From an uncultured Alcanivorax sp. (GTDB taxonomy: Bacteria; Pseudomonadota; Gammaproteobacteria; Pseudomonadales; Alcanivoracaceae): a stretch of 64,000 bases of DNA. The notes below the pieces were generated by a model that was not told where the DNA came from, did no database searches, and worked only from the letters and a program-made list of their open reading frames with translations. Both the position numbers and the translations under genes were made by a program. Location of the stretch: the NCBI GenBank assembly GCA_964556345.1, contig CAZKWA010000004.1:3488-67487 (forward strand), read 5' to 3'. Below are positions 1 to 8,278 of this stretch, piece by piece; position 1 is the stretch's first letter; each line of letters begins with the position of its first letter.

Positions 1-1
1 G

Positions 2-382
2 GCGGCCTGGACCCTGGCGGGCATCTGGCTGGCGCTGCCGTTCGCCTTCCTCGAAGTGGGGCTGATTGGTTATCTGCTGTATCGGGTGTGCTTCCGCCTT
101 TCCTACCTGCATCAGCGCATCGCCGTGGAACCGGGCCGGGTGATCCTGCGCGAAGGCGTGCGCGGCCCGGACCGGGAGTGGACCCTGGCGCGCCCGGCGG
201 CGCATCTGCATGTGGTGCTGCCGGTCAAGGAAGTGGACATGATCGGCCTGCACCTGTGCGACGACGACACCCGTCTGGAGCTGGGCGCCTTTCTCAACGG
301 CGACGGCCGTGAACAGGCCCGCCGGGCGCTGCGCGACGCCGGCCTGGTGGAAACCTCGGACCGTTGGTGGGAACACGGCTGA
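2..382 (+). CDS. DUF2244-like integral membrane protein (5' partial, continues upstream of window)
   Basis: Reading frame of track ORF 56..382 stays open to the window edge (AAWTLAGIWLALPFAFLEVGLIGYLLYRV...). It shows hydrophobic helices followed by a soluble tail, as in DUF2244 proteins. Strong G/C third-position bias. No start codon inside the window. Confidence 0.5.
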   Translation, partial: AAWTLAGIWLALPFAFLEVGLIGYLLYRVCFRLSYLHQRIAVEPGRVILREGVRGPDREWTLARPAAHLHVVLPVKEVDMIGLHLCDDDTRLELGAFLNGDGREQARRALRDAGLVETSDRWWEHG

Positions 383-413
383 ACGGCCCGCCAACCCGCA
401 ACAGGAGAGAGCA

Positions 414-746
414 ATGAAGTACATCTTCGAAGTGCGCATGAAAGACGGCTACACCGTGGAGGAATACGCCCGGGCCTGGGTCGAAGCCAGCGAAATCATC
501 CAGCAGACCCCGGGCGCGCGCGGCACCTATCTGCACCGCAAGATCGGCGAGCCGGAGACCCTGCTGGCCATCGCCCACTGGGAGTCCAAGGCGCACCGGG
601 ACGCCAAGGACGACAGCCGCAGCGCCAGGGTGAAGGCGATCCTGGAGAAACACGCCCGCACCTGCGAGATCACCCCGCTGGGTGAATTCGAAGAACCGGA
701 ATGGGAAGTGCTGCCCAATAAGGGGGGAGGGGACAATGAAGGCTAG
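414..746 (+). CDS. ABM / dimeric alpha-beta-barrel (antibiotic biosynthesis monooxygenase-like) protein
   Basis: Track ORF 309..746 trimmed to ATG 414 behind GGAGAG. MKYIFEVRMKDGYTVEEY...LLAIAHWESKAHRDA resembles ABM-domain proteins. Confidence 0.6.
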   Translation: MKYIFEVRMKDGYTVEEYARAWVEASEIIQQTPGARGTYLHRKIGEPETLLAIAHWESKAHRDAKDDSRSARVKAILEKHARTCEITPLGEFEEPEWEVLPNKGGGDNEG

Positions 747-1083
747 ATGCCCGAGCTGGTTGCCGCCGATGTTGCTCGGTGTGGTTGTCGGGCTGGCCGG
801 TTGCGATTATTCCAACGCACCCCAGGCCGCGCCGCTGCGGATGCTCGCGGACCAGCCCGCGGACTACCAGGGCGAACGGGTGACCACCGCCGGCACGGTG
901 CGCCATTTCCAGGATCCGCTGCACTACTGGATCGAGGACGACGACCTGAACCGGGTGGCCCTTAAGCCGGTGGAGAAAGTGGAGCCCCACCTGGGCAAGC
1001 GGGTGCGCGTCACCGGCGTCTTCCGCTACCAGGAAAACGCCGGCCGCGAAATCGAGCTGGAGTCGATCCGGGAAGAACCCTGA
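736..1083 (+). CDS. small lipoprotein of unknown function
   Basis: ATG 736 behind GGGAGGGG, overlapping the upstream stop by 11 nt. The N-terminus MKARCPSWLPPMLLGVVVGLAGC carries a signal peptide plus an L-A-G-C lipobox. Confidence 0.6.
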   Translation: MKARCPSWLPPMLLGVVVGLAGCDYSNAPQAAPLRMLADQPADYQGERVTTAGTVRHFQDPLHYWIEDDDLNRVALKPVEKVEPHLGKRVRVTGVFRYQENAGREIELESIREEP

Positions 1084-2262
1084 TCAACCCTCGATCTGGA
1101 ACTTCAAGCCGGCGTTATCGACGAGACGCTTGATCAGTTTGTCACCGAACGCCGGCGCCGTGGTCCAGATACCACCGGCCGTGTCATCGGCATCCCGCAC
1201 CAGACACACCGCGCTCTCGGTGATCATCCGCGACGTGGAGCCGTAACCCGGGTCCCGGTTGCCGGACACGCTGGCCTTAAGCTGGCGGCCATCCTCGGTC
1301 TCGCCGATGAACAGCACGTCGTAGAAGCCGTTTTCCCGCTCTTCCTTGCTCGGGCCTTCACCGGGTTTGGGCGCGTCCTTACCGGACAGCGAACGGTCGT
1401 TGGTCACCGCCTCGGCGGTGGCCTTGCCCTTCTCGCCGGGGCCGGTGAGGATCATCTCGTCGTACACGAACTGCTCGCCGTAGGCGTGCCCCAGCAACTG
1501 GTTGGAGCGGTGCACGTTACGGGTGTTGATGGTCGCCATCACGAACGGCGCCAACCAGGTGTGCAGCTCATCGTCGTAGACCGGCTCCTTCGGCTCCGGC
1601 TGCTCCGGCCCCTTGAAGCCCGGCGTCAGGGAGAACGGATCGGTGAGCAGCTGATAGATCTTCGGGTCCTTCTTGGCGGCCACCAGCGTCGCCTGCAGGC
1701 TGGCGGCGGTGCCGCCGGAGAAAGTGCCCTTCATCTTGCGCACCCGGCCCTTCACGCGGGGCAGGTAGGCGCCCAGGTTGTCCTTGGCGTATTCCTGCAG
1801 GAAGTACACGCCCATATCGAACGGGATCGAATCAAACCCGCAGGAAAACACGATCCGCGCGCCGCTCGCCTTGGCGGCCTCGCCGTGGGCGTCGATCATC
1901 TGGCGCATCCACGCCGGCTCGCCGCACAGATCCACATAGTCCGTGCCGGTCTTGGCGCAGGCCGCCACCAGCGGCTCGCCGTACAACTGGTACGGGCCCA
2001 CCGTGGTCAGCACCACCCGGGTGCGCTTCGCCAGCGCCTCCAGGGTCTCCGGCTGGTCCGCGTCGGCGGTGATCAGCGGCACCGACTCCGGCACGCCGAT
2101 TTCCTCGCGTACCGCCTTCAGTTTCTCCTCGCTGCGGCCCGCCATGGCCCACTTCAGGTCGGCATCGGCGCCGTACTGCTGGTGCAGATACTCCGCCACC
2201 AGCCGGCCCGTGAAGCCGCTGGCGCCGTACACCACGATGTCGAACTCTCTCCCGTTGCTCAT
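1084..2262 (-). CDS. saccharopine dehydrogenase-like NAD(P)-binding oxidoreductase
   Basis: FDIVVYGASGFTGRLVAEYL Rossmann motif near the N-terminus, and ~390 aa length typical of the SCCPDH-like family. ATG at 2262 preferred over the GTG at 2295. Confidence 0.8.
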   Translation of the reverse strand: MSNGREFDIVVYGASGFTGRLVAEYLHQQYGADADLKWAMAGRSEEKLKAVREEIGVPESVPLITADADQPETLEALAKRTRVVLTTVGPYQLYGEPLVAACAKTGTDYVDLCGEPAWMRQMIDAHGEAAKASGARIVFSCGFDSIPFDMGVYFLQEYAKDNLGAYLPRVKGRVRKMKGTFSGGTAASLQATLVAAKKDPKIYQLLTDPFSLTPGFKGPEQPEPKEPVYDDELHTWLAPFVMATINTRNVHRSNQLLGHAYGEQFVYDEMILTGPGEKGKATAEAVTNDRSLSGKDAPKPGEGPSKEERENGFYDVLFIGETEDGRQLKASVSGNRDPGYGSTSRMITESAVCLVRDADDTAGGIWTTAPAFGDKLIKRLVDNAGLKFQIEG

Positions 2263-2483
2263 AATCGGCAATCCGTTCTGTTGCGAATGATGCACCCACT
2301 ATAGACCCCGTCCCGCGCCCTTGGGCAGGGTGGGGAACGGCTTTTTCATGGGCAGGACAGTCGTGGCCCGGGATGGCCAGAGGGGGCGGTGCATTGTAAG
2401 AGGTGACGCTTTCTGCTTTATTTTCTTGATCACAAAATAATCACGCCACACCCTTTGCTCGCCAATTTGCTCTAGGATGTTCT

Positions 2484-2788
2484 ATGGAAGGTCGGCTGAA
2501 AATCAGGCCGTTTGAAGAGAGCGACCGGCCACATGTCGTGAAGCTTTGGGATGATTGCGGCCTGAGCCGCCCCTGGAACGATCCGGACAAGGACATTTCC
2601 AGGAAGCTTTCCGTGCAACCAGAACTCTTCTTCGTTGGGGAATCCGACGGGAAATTGGTTGCCACGGCCATGGCCGGGTACGACGGACATCGTGGCCCAA
2701 TGAAAAGGTATTGTCTTTCTATCGGACTCTTGGCTATACCATCGATGATGTTATAAGCACGGGAAAGCGGCTAATTCCGGACGCCTGA
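2484..2788 (+). pseudogene. YpeA-like GNAT acetyltransferase, internal deletion plus frameshift
   Basis: Frame 1 (2484..) gives ...LWDDCGLSRPWNDPDKDISRKL...AMAGYDGHRG, matching the N-terminal half of YpeA-type GNATs. After about 2695 the homologous C-terminus (NEKVLSFYRTLGYTIDDVISTGKRLIPDA) continues in another frame (track ORF 2555..2788). About 40 codons, including the acetyl-CoA-binding motif, are missing. Confidence 0.65.
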
Positions 2789-2880
2789 GAAATGGTAATC
2801 CGTGTTGGATCCTATGCTTTGGCTTTTCGCAGAGATCGGCGATTTTCTTCCTCAGACCCGATCAGTATTTAGGAGAAGGT

Positions 2881-3231
2881 ATGAAGGTTCACTATCTGGA
2901 GATTGTATCCGAAGACGTGGATGCGGTATGTAAAGCGTATGAAGCAGCCCACGGCGTCAGGTTCGGTGACCCGGACGAACTGCTCGGGGGTGCCAGGACC
3001 TGCACGCTTTCCGATGGCTCGATTTTGGGCGTACGAGGGCCTCTGCGAAGCACGGAAGCGCCGGTGGTCCGACCCTATTGGCTGGTGGAGGATATTGACC
3101 GGGCGGTGGCTGACGCTGAGGCCGCGGGCGCCAGCATTGCGATGCCGCCAACGGAAATTCCCGGTAAGGGCAGGTTTGCGATCTATATCCTCGGTGGTAA
3201 CGATCACGGATTTTGGCAACTAAGTGGCTGA
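2881..3231 (+). CDS. VOC (glyoxalase/bleomycin-resistance/dioxygenase) family protein
   Basis: 116-aa ORF behind AGGAGAAGG. MKVHYLEIVSEDVD...GKGRFAIYILGGNDHGFWQ has the typical VOC beta-alpha-beta-beta-beta pattern. Confidence 0.7.
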   Translation: MKVHYLEIVSEDVDAVCKAYEAAHGVRFGDPDELLGGARTCTLSDGSILGVRGPLRSTEAPVVRPYWLVEDIDRAVADAEAAGASIAMPPTEIPGKGRFAIYILGGNDHGFWQLSG

Positions 3232-3272
3232 AGGGATAGGCGTCACCAGCGGCTTGTCGGGCAGGGGGAAAG

Positions 3273-3743
3273 ATGAGTCAGAATCCTGAGCTACTGCGCC
3301 GGTTATTGCGGGCGAAAGACCGGATGGACGCCGCCCCCCACGAGGCATGGCCGGTCCGGCGCTTGGCGCAGGTGAGCGTGGTCTCGGCGGCGCATTTCGC
3401 ACGCGAGTTCAAACGCGCCTTCGGTCTGCCGCCGCACCGCTATTTACTCACCCGTCGTATTGAGCGGGCCACGGCGCTGCTCCGCGATACCGACCTGCCC
3501 ATTACGGAAATCGCCCTCCGAACCGGTTGGAGCAGCGTGGGCACTTTTGGCCGCATTTTTCGTGACATTACCGGTGCGAGCCCCGGCGAGATTCGCGTGT
3601 GTGAAGGGGCGGCTCCTGCGCATGCACGGGAGGCCATGCCCGAGTGCATTGCGCGCACCGCCGACCGGCCGGATCTCAAGACAGCAGTTTCGGAGAAGCG
3701 TCGGTTGAAGGTCGCTGGCAAACTGGCGCTTCAATCCGATTGA
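3273..3743 (+). CDS. AraC-family transcriptional regulator (short, HTH-only type)
   Basis: Double HTH signature: SAAHFAREFKRAFGLPPHRYLLTRRIERATALLRDTDLPITEIALRTGWSSVGTFGRIFRDITGASPGE. Confidence 0.8.
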   Translation: MSQNPELLRRLLRAKDRMDAAPHEAWPVRRLAQVSVVSAAHFAREFKRAFGLPPHRYLLTRRIERATALLRDTDLPITEIALRTGWSSVGTFGRIFRDITGASPGEIRVCEGAAPAHAREAMPECIARTADRPDLKTAVSEKRRLKVAGKLALQSD

Positions 3744-3753
3744 AGGGGGTGCC

Positions 3754-4164
3754 ATGACGACGGGTGTGAATGTAGCAGGTTTGTATGTGCGCGATCAGGA
3801 TGAAGCTCTTGCCTTCTACGTCGAGAAGCTGGGCTTTATCGTTAATACCGATGTGCGCAATGGTGACTACCGCTGGTTGACGGTCCGGCATCCGCACCAG
3901 CCTTCGTTCCAGTTGGGCTTGTTCAAGCCGGGGCCGCCGGTGCATGACGTGGAAACCGCGCGGACCTTGCATGAGATTGTCGCTAAAGGGGCCATGCCGC
4001 CGCTGGTATTATTGGTGGACGACTGCCATGCGGCTTACGAGCGCTTGAGTCAGTGCGGGGTGGAGTTCACGCAGGAACCCGTGGAGCGTTACGGCACCGT
4101 GGACGCGGGCTTTCGGGATCCGTCCGGCAACGGCTGGAAGATGATCGAAGCGTCCGGTCCGTAG
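3754..4164 (+). CDS. VOC/glyoxalase family protein
   Basis: 136 aa. GLYVRDQDEALAFYVEKLGF...FRDPSGNGWKMIE is a classic glyoxalase-fold signature. Confidence 0.75.
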   Translation: MTTGVNVAGLYVRDQDEALAFYVEKLGFIVNTDVRNGDYRWLTVRHPHQPSFQLGLFKPGPPVHDVETARTLHEIVAKGAMPPLVLLVDDCHAAYERLSQCGVEFTQEPVERYGTVDAGFRDPSGNGWKMIEASGP

Positions 4165-4178
4165 TCTGGGAGGTTGAA

Positions 4179-4400
4179 ATGAGCTGGAACGCCTGGATTC
4201 GGCGGAGTCACCGTTGGCTGTCCATGATTTTCACGGCGACGGTGATTGCCAATTTCGCGGTCAGAGCCCTGGCTTCGGCGGAACCATCGCCGTGGATAAC
4301 CTACTCGCCGTTACCGCCGCTGTTTTTATTGCTTCTTACGGGCCTGTATCTCTTCGCGTTACCGCATGTACTCAGGTGGCGCGGCAGAAAACATACCTGA
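4179..4400 (+). CDS. small membrane protein, unknown function
   Basis: ATG 4179 behind GGGAGG, 73 aa, two hydrophobic helices (WLSMIFTATVIANFAV, LPPLFLLLLTGLYLFAL). No family recognised. Confidence 0.45.
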   Translation: MSWNAWIRRSHRWLSMIFTATVIANFAVRALASAEPSPWITYSPLPPLFLLLLTGLYLFALPHVLRWRGRKHT

Positions 4401-4534
4401 AAAGCCGAACGCCCGGGCGCGGACCAGGCCCCAACCGCAGGGTAGGGATTGGCCAACCCGGCGCACCGCTTCTCTGTGGCAAGCCGCTATTCATCCGTGT
4501 CAAAATCGGGGGCACGTGAACGGGAGGTTTCCCC

Positions 4535-4759
4535 ATGGATCTAGAGAAGATCGAAGATGAAGTGCTCCATCTTCCGAAAGAGGAGCGAGCGAAACTGATC
4601 CACCGGCTGGTATTGAGTCTGGATGCCCCCTCGGGGGAGGAGCTTCGGTCCGACTGGTTGCTGGAAGCCCGGCGGAGAGCGGAAGAGCTTGATAACGGCT
4701 CGGTTCAGGCGGTACCCGGGGATGATGTCATGAGAAAGGCACGGGCCCTGATTAAGTGA
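4535..4759 (+). CDS. type II antitoxin (putative addiction-module component family)
   Basis: 74 aa. LHLPKEERAKLIHRLVLSLD...DWLLEARRRAEELDNG matches the addiction-module antitoxin pattern. The stop overlaps the toxin start. Confidence 0.8.
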   Translation: MDLEKIEDEVLHLPKEERAKLIHRLVLSLDAPSGEELRSDWLLEARRRAEELDNGSVQAVPGDDVMRKARALIK

Positions 4760-5049
4760 ACTATTTTTTCCACCCGGCAGCGGAAGCCGAGTTTCTGGAA
4801 TCAGTCGGTTATTACGAATCGAGAGTTCCGGGATTGGGTGGTGCCTTCATCGAGGAAGTGGAGGCGATGGCCACTTTAATCGGCGAGACACCGAAAGTCT
4901 GGCAAGTTGAACAAGAACCGGATATTCGCAGGGCTCCTCTCCATCGGTTTCCGTTACCCATTGTTTATCGAGAACAGTCTGACGGCTTTCAGATTCTGGC
5001 GGTTGCGCATGATCGGCGACGGCCTCAGTACTGGCTTGGCAGGCTTTAG
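4756..5049 (+). CDS. ParE/RelE-family toxin (plasmid stabilisation system protein type)
   Basis: 97 aa. GTG start overlaps the antitoxin stop by 4 nt. FHPAAEAEFLESVGYYE...FQILAVAHDRRRPQYW is typical of RelE/ParE toxins. Confidence 0.8.
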   Translation: MNYFFHPAAEAEFLESVGYYESRVPGLGGAFIEEVEAMATLIGETPKVWQVEQEPDIRRAPLHRFPLPIVYREQSDGFQILAVAHDRRRPQYWLGRL

Positions 5050-5069
5050 ACGGCCTCTGGTATCCCGCC

Positions 5070-5091
5070 GGGTGGCTAGCGCCACCCTTTT
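5070..5091 (+). terminator. rho-independent terminator after the toxin gene
   Basis: Perfect 7-bp stem GGGTGGC / GCCACCC with a 4-nt loop, followed by TTTT. Located 21 nt after the parE-like stop. Confidence 0.55.
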
Positions 5092-5114
5092 GCGAGCCAG
5101 GCTCGCTCCCACAA
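5088..5114. repeat. REP-like palindromic element (single copy)
   Basis: GCGAGCCAGGCTCGCTCCCACAA closely matches the REP arms at 51834..51859 and 51952..51976. It has its own internal hairpin and lies intergenic between convergent genes. Confidence 0.5.
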
Positions 5115-5148
5115 TTTGAAATTTCATTCTCCCCTAATTCTTTTTTCG

Positions 5149-8100
5149 TTATTTGAAGTCTCTTGACCGCACGATGAGTTCGTTGAGGGCGTCGCTGGCG
5201 TCGTCGAGACGGCCGGCCATCAGGTGGACGATGCCTTCGGGGCTGATTTCCACGGTGCCGGTGATGGTGACCAGGGGGCTTTTCAGCAGCACGCTGCGGA
5301 AGCGTTCCTGGATGGCGCGCCAGATCACCACGTTGGTGTTGCCGGTTTCATCTTCCAGAGTCATGAACAGGGTACCTTTGGCGGAGCCGGGGCGTTGGCG
5401 GTTGGTGACCAGGCCGGCGACGCGCACCACCTGGCCGGGGCGGGCGCGTTTCAGATCCTTGGCGCGGTAGCCGCGTTTGAAGCGGGGCAGATGGCGGACC
5501 AGGGCCATGGGGTGCTTGCCCAGGCTGAGGCCCAGGTGGCGATAGTCTTCGATCAGGGTGGTGTATTCCGAGGGGGCGTCCAGGTAGACGCCGTCGTGGT
5601 CCCGTTCGGGGCCGTCCTTGAGCAGCGGGCGCTGGGCCTCCAGGCCCTGGACGTCCCAGTGGGCCTGGTGGCGGTGGCCGCTGAGGCCGCGCAGGGCGTT
5701 GCCGGCCACCAGGGCTTCCCGTTCGCGCTGGCCCAGGCGGGCGCGGCGGCAGAGGTCGCCGACGCCGGTGAAGGACGCTTCGTCGCGGGCCTGGACGAGG
5801 CGTTGGGCGGCTTCCGGGTTGAAGCCCTTGACCTGGCACAAGCCCAGGCGCAGGGCCGGTTGCACGCCGAGTTTTTCCCGTTGCAGCTCTTCCAGGCTGT
5901 GGTCCCAGTGGCTGTGGCGGACGTCCACCGGGCGTATTTCGATGGCATGGCGGCGGGCGTCCTGGAGAATCTGCGAGGGTGAGTAGAAGCCCATGGGCAG
6001 GCTGTTGAGCAGGCCGCAGTAGAAGGCGCTGGTGTGGTGGCGCTTGAGCCAGGCGGACACGTACACCAGCAGCGCGAAGCTGGCGGAGTGGGATTCCGGG
6101 AAGCCGTAGCCGCCGAAGCCTTTCATCTGCTCGAACAGGCGGCGCGCGTAGTCACCGCTGTAGCCGTTGGCGCGCATGCCGTCGATCACCTTGTGCTCGA
6201 ATTGCAGCAGTTCGCCGCTTTTGCCCCAGCGGGCCATGGCCCGGCGCAGCTGGTCCGCCTCGCCGCCGGAAAAGCCGGCGGCCACCATCACCAGCTGAAT
6301 CACCTGTTCCTGGAAAATCGGGATGCCCTTGGTGCGCGACAGCACGCCCTTTACCTTCTCGTCCGGGTAGTCTTCTTCCTCCAGGCCGTCGCGGCGGCGC
6401 AGGTAGGGGTGCACCATGTCGCCCTGGATCGGGCCGGGGCGCACGATCGCCACTTCCACCACCAGGTCGTAGAACTCGCGGGGCCGCAGGCGTGGCAGCA
6501 TGTTCATCTGCGCGCGGGATTCCACCTGGAACACACCCAGGCTGTCGCCTTTGCAGAGCATGTCGTAGGTGGCTTCGTCGTCGGCGGGGATGTCCTGCAT
6601 CGCCAGGGGGCGGCCCCGGTAGCCCTGCACCATATCCAGGGTTTTGCGGATCGCGGTGAGCATGCCCAGGGCCAGCACGTCCACTTTCATCAGACCCAGG
6701 GATTCCAGGTCGTCCTTGTCCCACTGGATCAGGGTGCGGTCGGGCATGGCGGCGTTTTCCACCGGCACCAGGGTGTGCACCGGGTCGCGCGTGATCACGA
6801 AGCCGCCCACGTGCTGGGACAAATGGCGGGGAAAGCCGACCAGCTCCTGGACCAGTTCCCGGTAGTGGCGGCCCAGGGTGGAGCCGCCCAGGCCCACCTC
6901 CCGGAACCGTTCCACCAGGGTGTCCGGTTTGTCCCACCAGGCCAGGTTGCCGCTCAGCCGTTCGATGATGTCCATGTCCACGCCCAGGGCGCGGCCCACG
7001 TCGCGCACCGCCGAGCGGGTGCGGTAGTGAATCACGGTGGCGGCCAGGGCGGCCCGGTCGCGGCCGTATTTGCGGTAGAGGTACTGCATGACTTCTTCGC
7101 GGCGTTCGTGCTCGAAGTCCACATCGATGTCCGGCGGCTCGTCGCGCTCCTGGGAGATAAAACGCTCGAACAGAAGCTGGCTGCGGCCCGGGTCCACCTC
7201 GGTGACACCCAGGCAGTAGCACACCGCGGAGTTGGCCGCCGAGCCGCGCCCCTGGCAGAGGATGCCCTGGCCACGGGCAAAGGCGACGATGTCGTGCACG
7301 GTGAGAAAGTAGTGCGCGTAGCCGAGCTGCCGGATCAGGTTCAGTTCCTTGTCCACCAGGGCGCGCACCGTGTCTGGCACGCCGTCCGGGTAGCGGGCCT
7401 CGGCGCCCTGGTGGGCGAGGGCGGCCAGATAGTCGTCGGCGTTCTGGCCCGGCGGTACCACTTCCTCCGGGTACTGGTAGGCGATTTCGTGCATCTCGAA
7501 ATCGCACTGGTCGGCGATCCAGGCGGCTTCCTCCAACAGCGCCGGGGGGTAGATCTCCGCCAGCCGGTCGAGGCCGCGCAGGTGGCGCTGGTCGTTCTGG
7601 AAACGGCGCCGGCCCAGATCGCGCACCGTGGTGTTGAGGCGCAGGGCGGTGAGCAGCTCCTGCAGGCGCTGGCGTTCCGGCCGGTGGTAGTGGACGTCGT
7701 TGGCGGCGGTCATGGCCAGCGTGAAGCGGTCCGCCAGCTGGTAGCAGTAGCGGTAGTGCAGGGCGTCGTTGCCGTCCTGGAGCAGCTCGCAGGCCAGCCA
7801 CAGGCGCTCGCCGAAGTGGTCTTTCAGCAGGGCGGCGTGGTGTTCGTCGCGCTCGTCGCCGGCGGGCAGCCACAGGCACAGGGCGTGGCGGTCGAGGCGC
7901 GTCAGGTCTTGCCAGTGCAGCCGGTAGTGGCCTTTTTCCGCGCGGCGGCGGCCGCGGGTGATCAGGGTGGCGATCTCGCCGTAGGCCTGGCGGTTCCGGG
8001 CCAGCAGCACCAGGCGCAGCTCGCCCCGGTCCTGGTGAAGGCGGAAATGGCTGCCCACGATCAGCCGGAAATCCAGCGTGCGGCCTTCATCCTCCAGGGC

Positions 8101-8277
8101 TTTCTTTAAGTTCTTGCGGGCCTGGTAGGCGCGCACCACCCCGGCCAGGGAGCCGTCGTCGGTGATCGCCAGGGCCCGGTAGCCCTGGCGCCAGGCCTGC
8201 AGCACCAGCTCCTCCGGCTGGCTGGCGCCAGTGAGGAAGGTGAAGGCGCTGGTGCAGTGCAGTTCGGCGAAAGCCAT
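5149..8277 (-). CDS. dnaE2: error-prone DNA polymerase DnaE2 (ImuC)
   Basis: 1042 aa. N-terminal PHP signature AELHCTSAFTFLTGAS. Length and position directly downstream of imuA-imuB fit DnaE2. Confidence 0.95.
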   Translation of the reverse strand: MAFAELHCTSAFTFLTGASQPEELVLQAWRQGYRALAITDDGSLAGVVRAYQARKNLKKALEDEGRTLDFRLIVGSHFRLHQDRGELRLVLLARNRQAYGEIATLITRGRRRAEKGHYRLHWQDLTRLDRHALCLWLPAGDERDEHHAALLKDHFGERLWLACELLQDGNDALHYRYCYQLADRFTLAMTAANDVHYHRPERQRLQELLTALRLNTTVRDLGRRRFQNDQRHLRGLDRLAEIYPPALLEEAAWIADQCDFEMHEIAYQYPEEVVPPGQNADDYLAALAHQGAEARYPDGVPDTVRALVDKELNLIRQLGYAHYFLTVHDIVAFARGQGILCQGRGSAANSAVCYCLGVTEVDPGRSQLLFERFISQERDEPPDIDVDFEHERREEVMQYLYRKYGRDRAALAATVIHYRTRSAVRDVGRALGVDMDIIERLSGNLAWWDKPDTLVERFREVGLGGSTLGRHYRELVQELVGFPRHLSQHVGGFVITRDPVHTLVPVENAAMPDRTLIQWDKDDLESLGLMKVDVLALGMLTAIRKTLDMVQGYRGRPLAMQDIPADDEATYDMLCKGDSLGVFQVESRAQMNMLPRLRPREFYDLVVEVAIVRPGPIQGDMVHPYLRRRDGLEEEDYPDEKVKGVLSRTKGIPIFQEQVIQLVMVAAGFSGGEADQLRRAMARWGKSGELLQFEHKVIDGMRANGYSGDYARRLFEQMKGFGGYGFPESHSASFALLVYVSAWLKRHHTSAFYCGLLNSLPMGFYSPSQILQDARRHAIEIRPVDVRHSHWDHSLEELQREKLGVQPALRLGLCQVKGFNPEAAQRLVQARDEASFTGVGDLCRRARLGQREREALVAGNALRGLSGHRHQAHWDVQGLEAQRPLLKDGPERDHDGVYLDAPSEYTTLIEDYRHLGLSLGKHPMALVRHLPRFKRGYRAKDLKRARPGQVVRVAGLVTNRQRPGSAKGTLFMTLEDETGNTNVVIWRAIQERFRSVLLKSPLVTITGTVEISPEGIVHLMAGRLDDASDALNELIVRSRDFK

Positions 8278-8278
8278 G

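Larger units (their letters stand above)
2395..5148. other. AT-richer accessory islet (no integrase)
   Basis: Visibly lower GC than both flanks (not computed). Content is accessory: pseudogene, VOC proteins, AraC regulator, toxin-antitoxin pair. The right edge carries a terminator and a REP-like element. Confidence 0.4.

Noticed and set aside
6034-8109. 691-aa ORF on the plus strand opposite dnaE2, and similar long antisense or alternate-frame ORFs (for example 6152..7879, 8106..9722, 8768..10474).
   Set aside because: Their products are low-complexity Ala/Gly/Arg/Pro/His/Val-rich strings with no family resemblance. They sit opposite or out of frame to genes with unmistakable family signatures (dnaE2, imuB, imuA). 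Long spurious ORFs are expected in high-GC DNA, where stop codons are rare.
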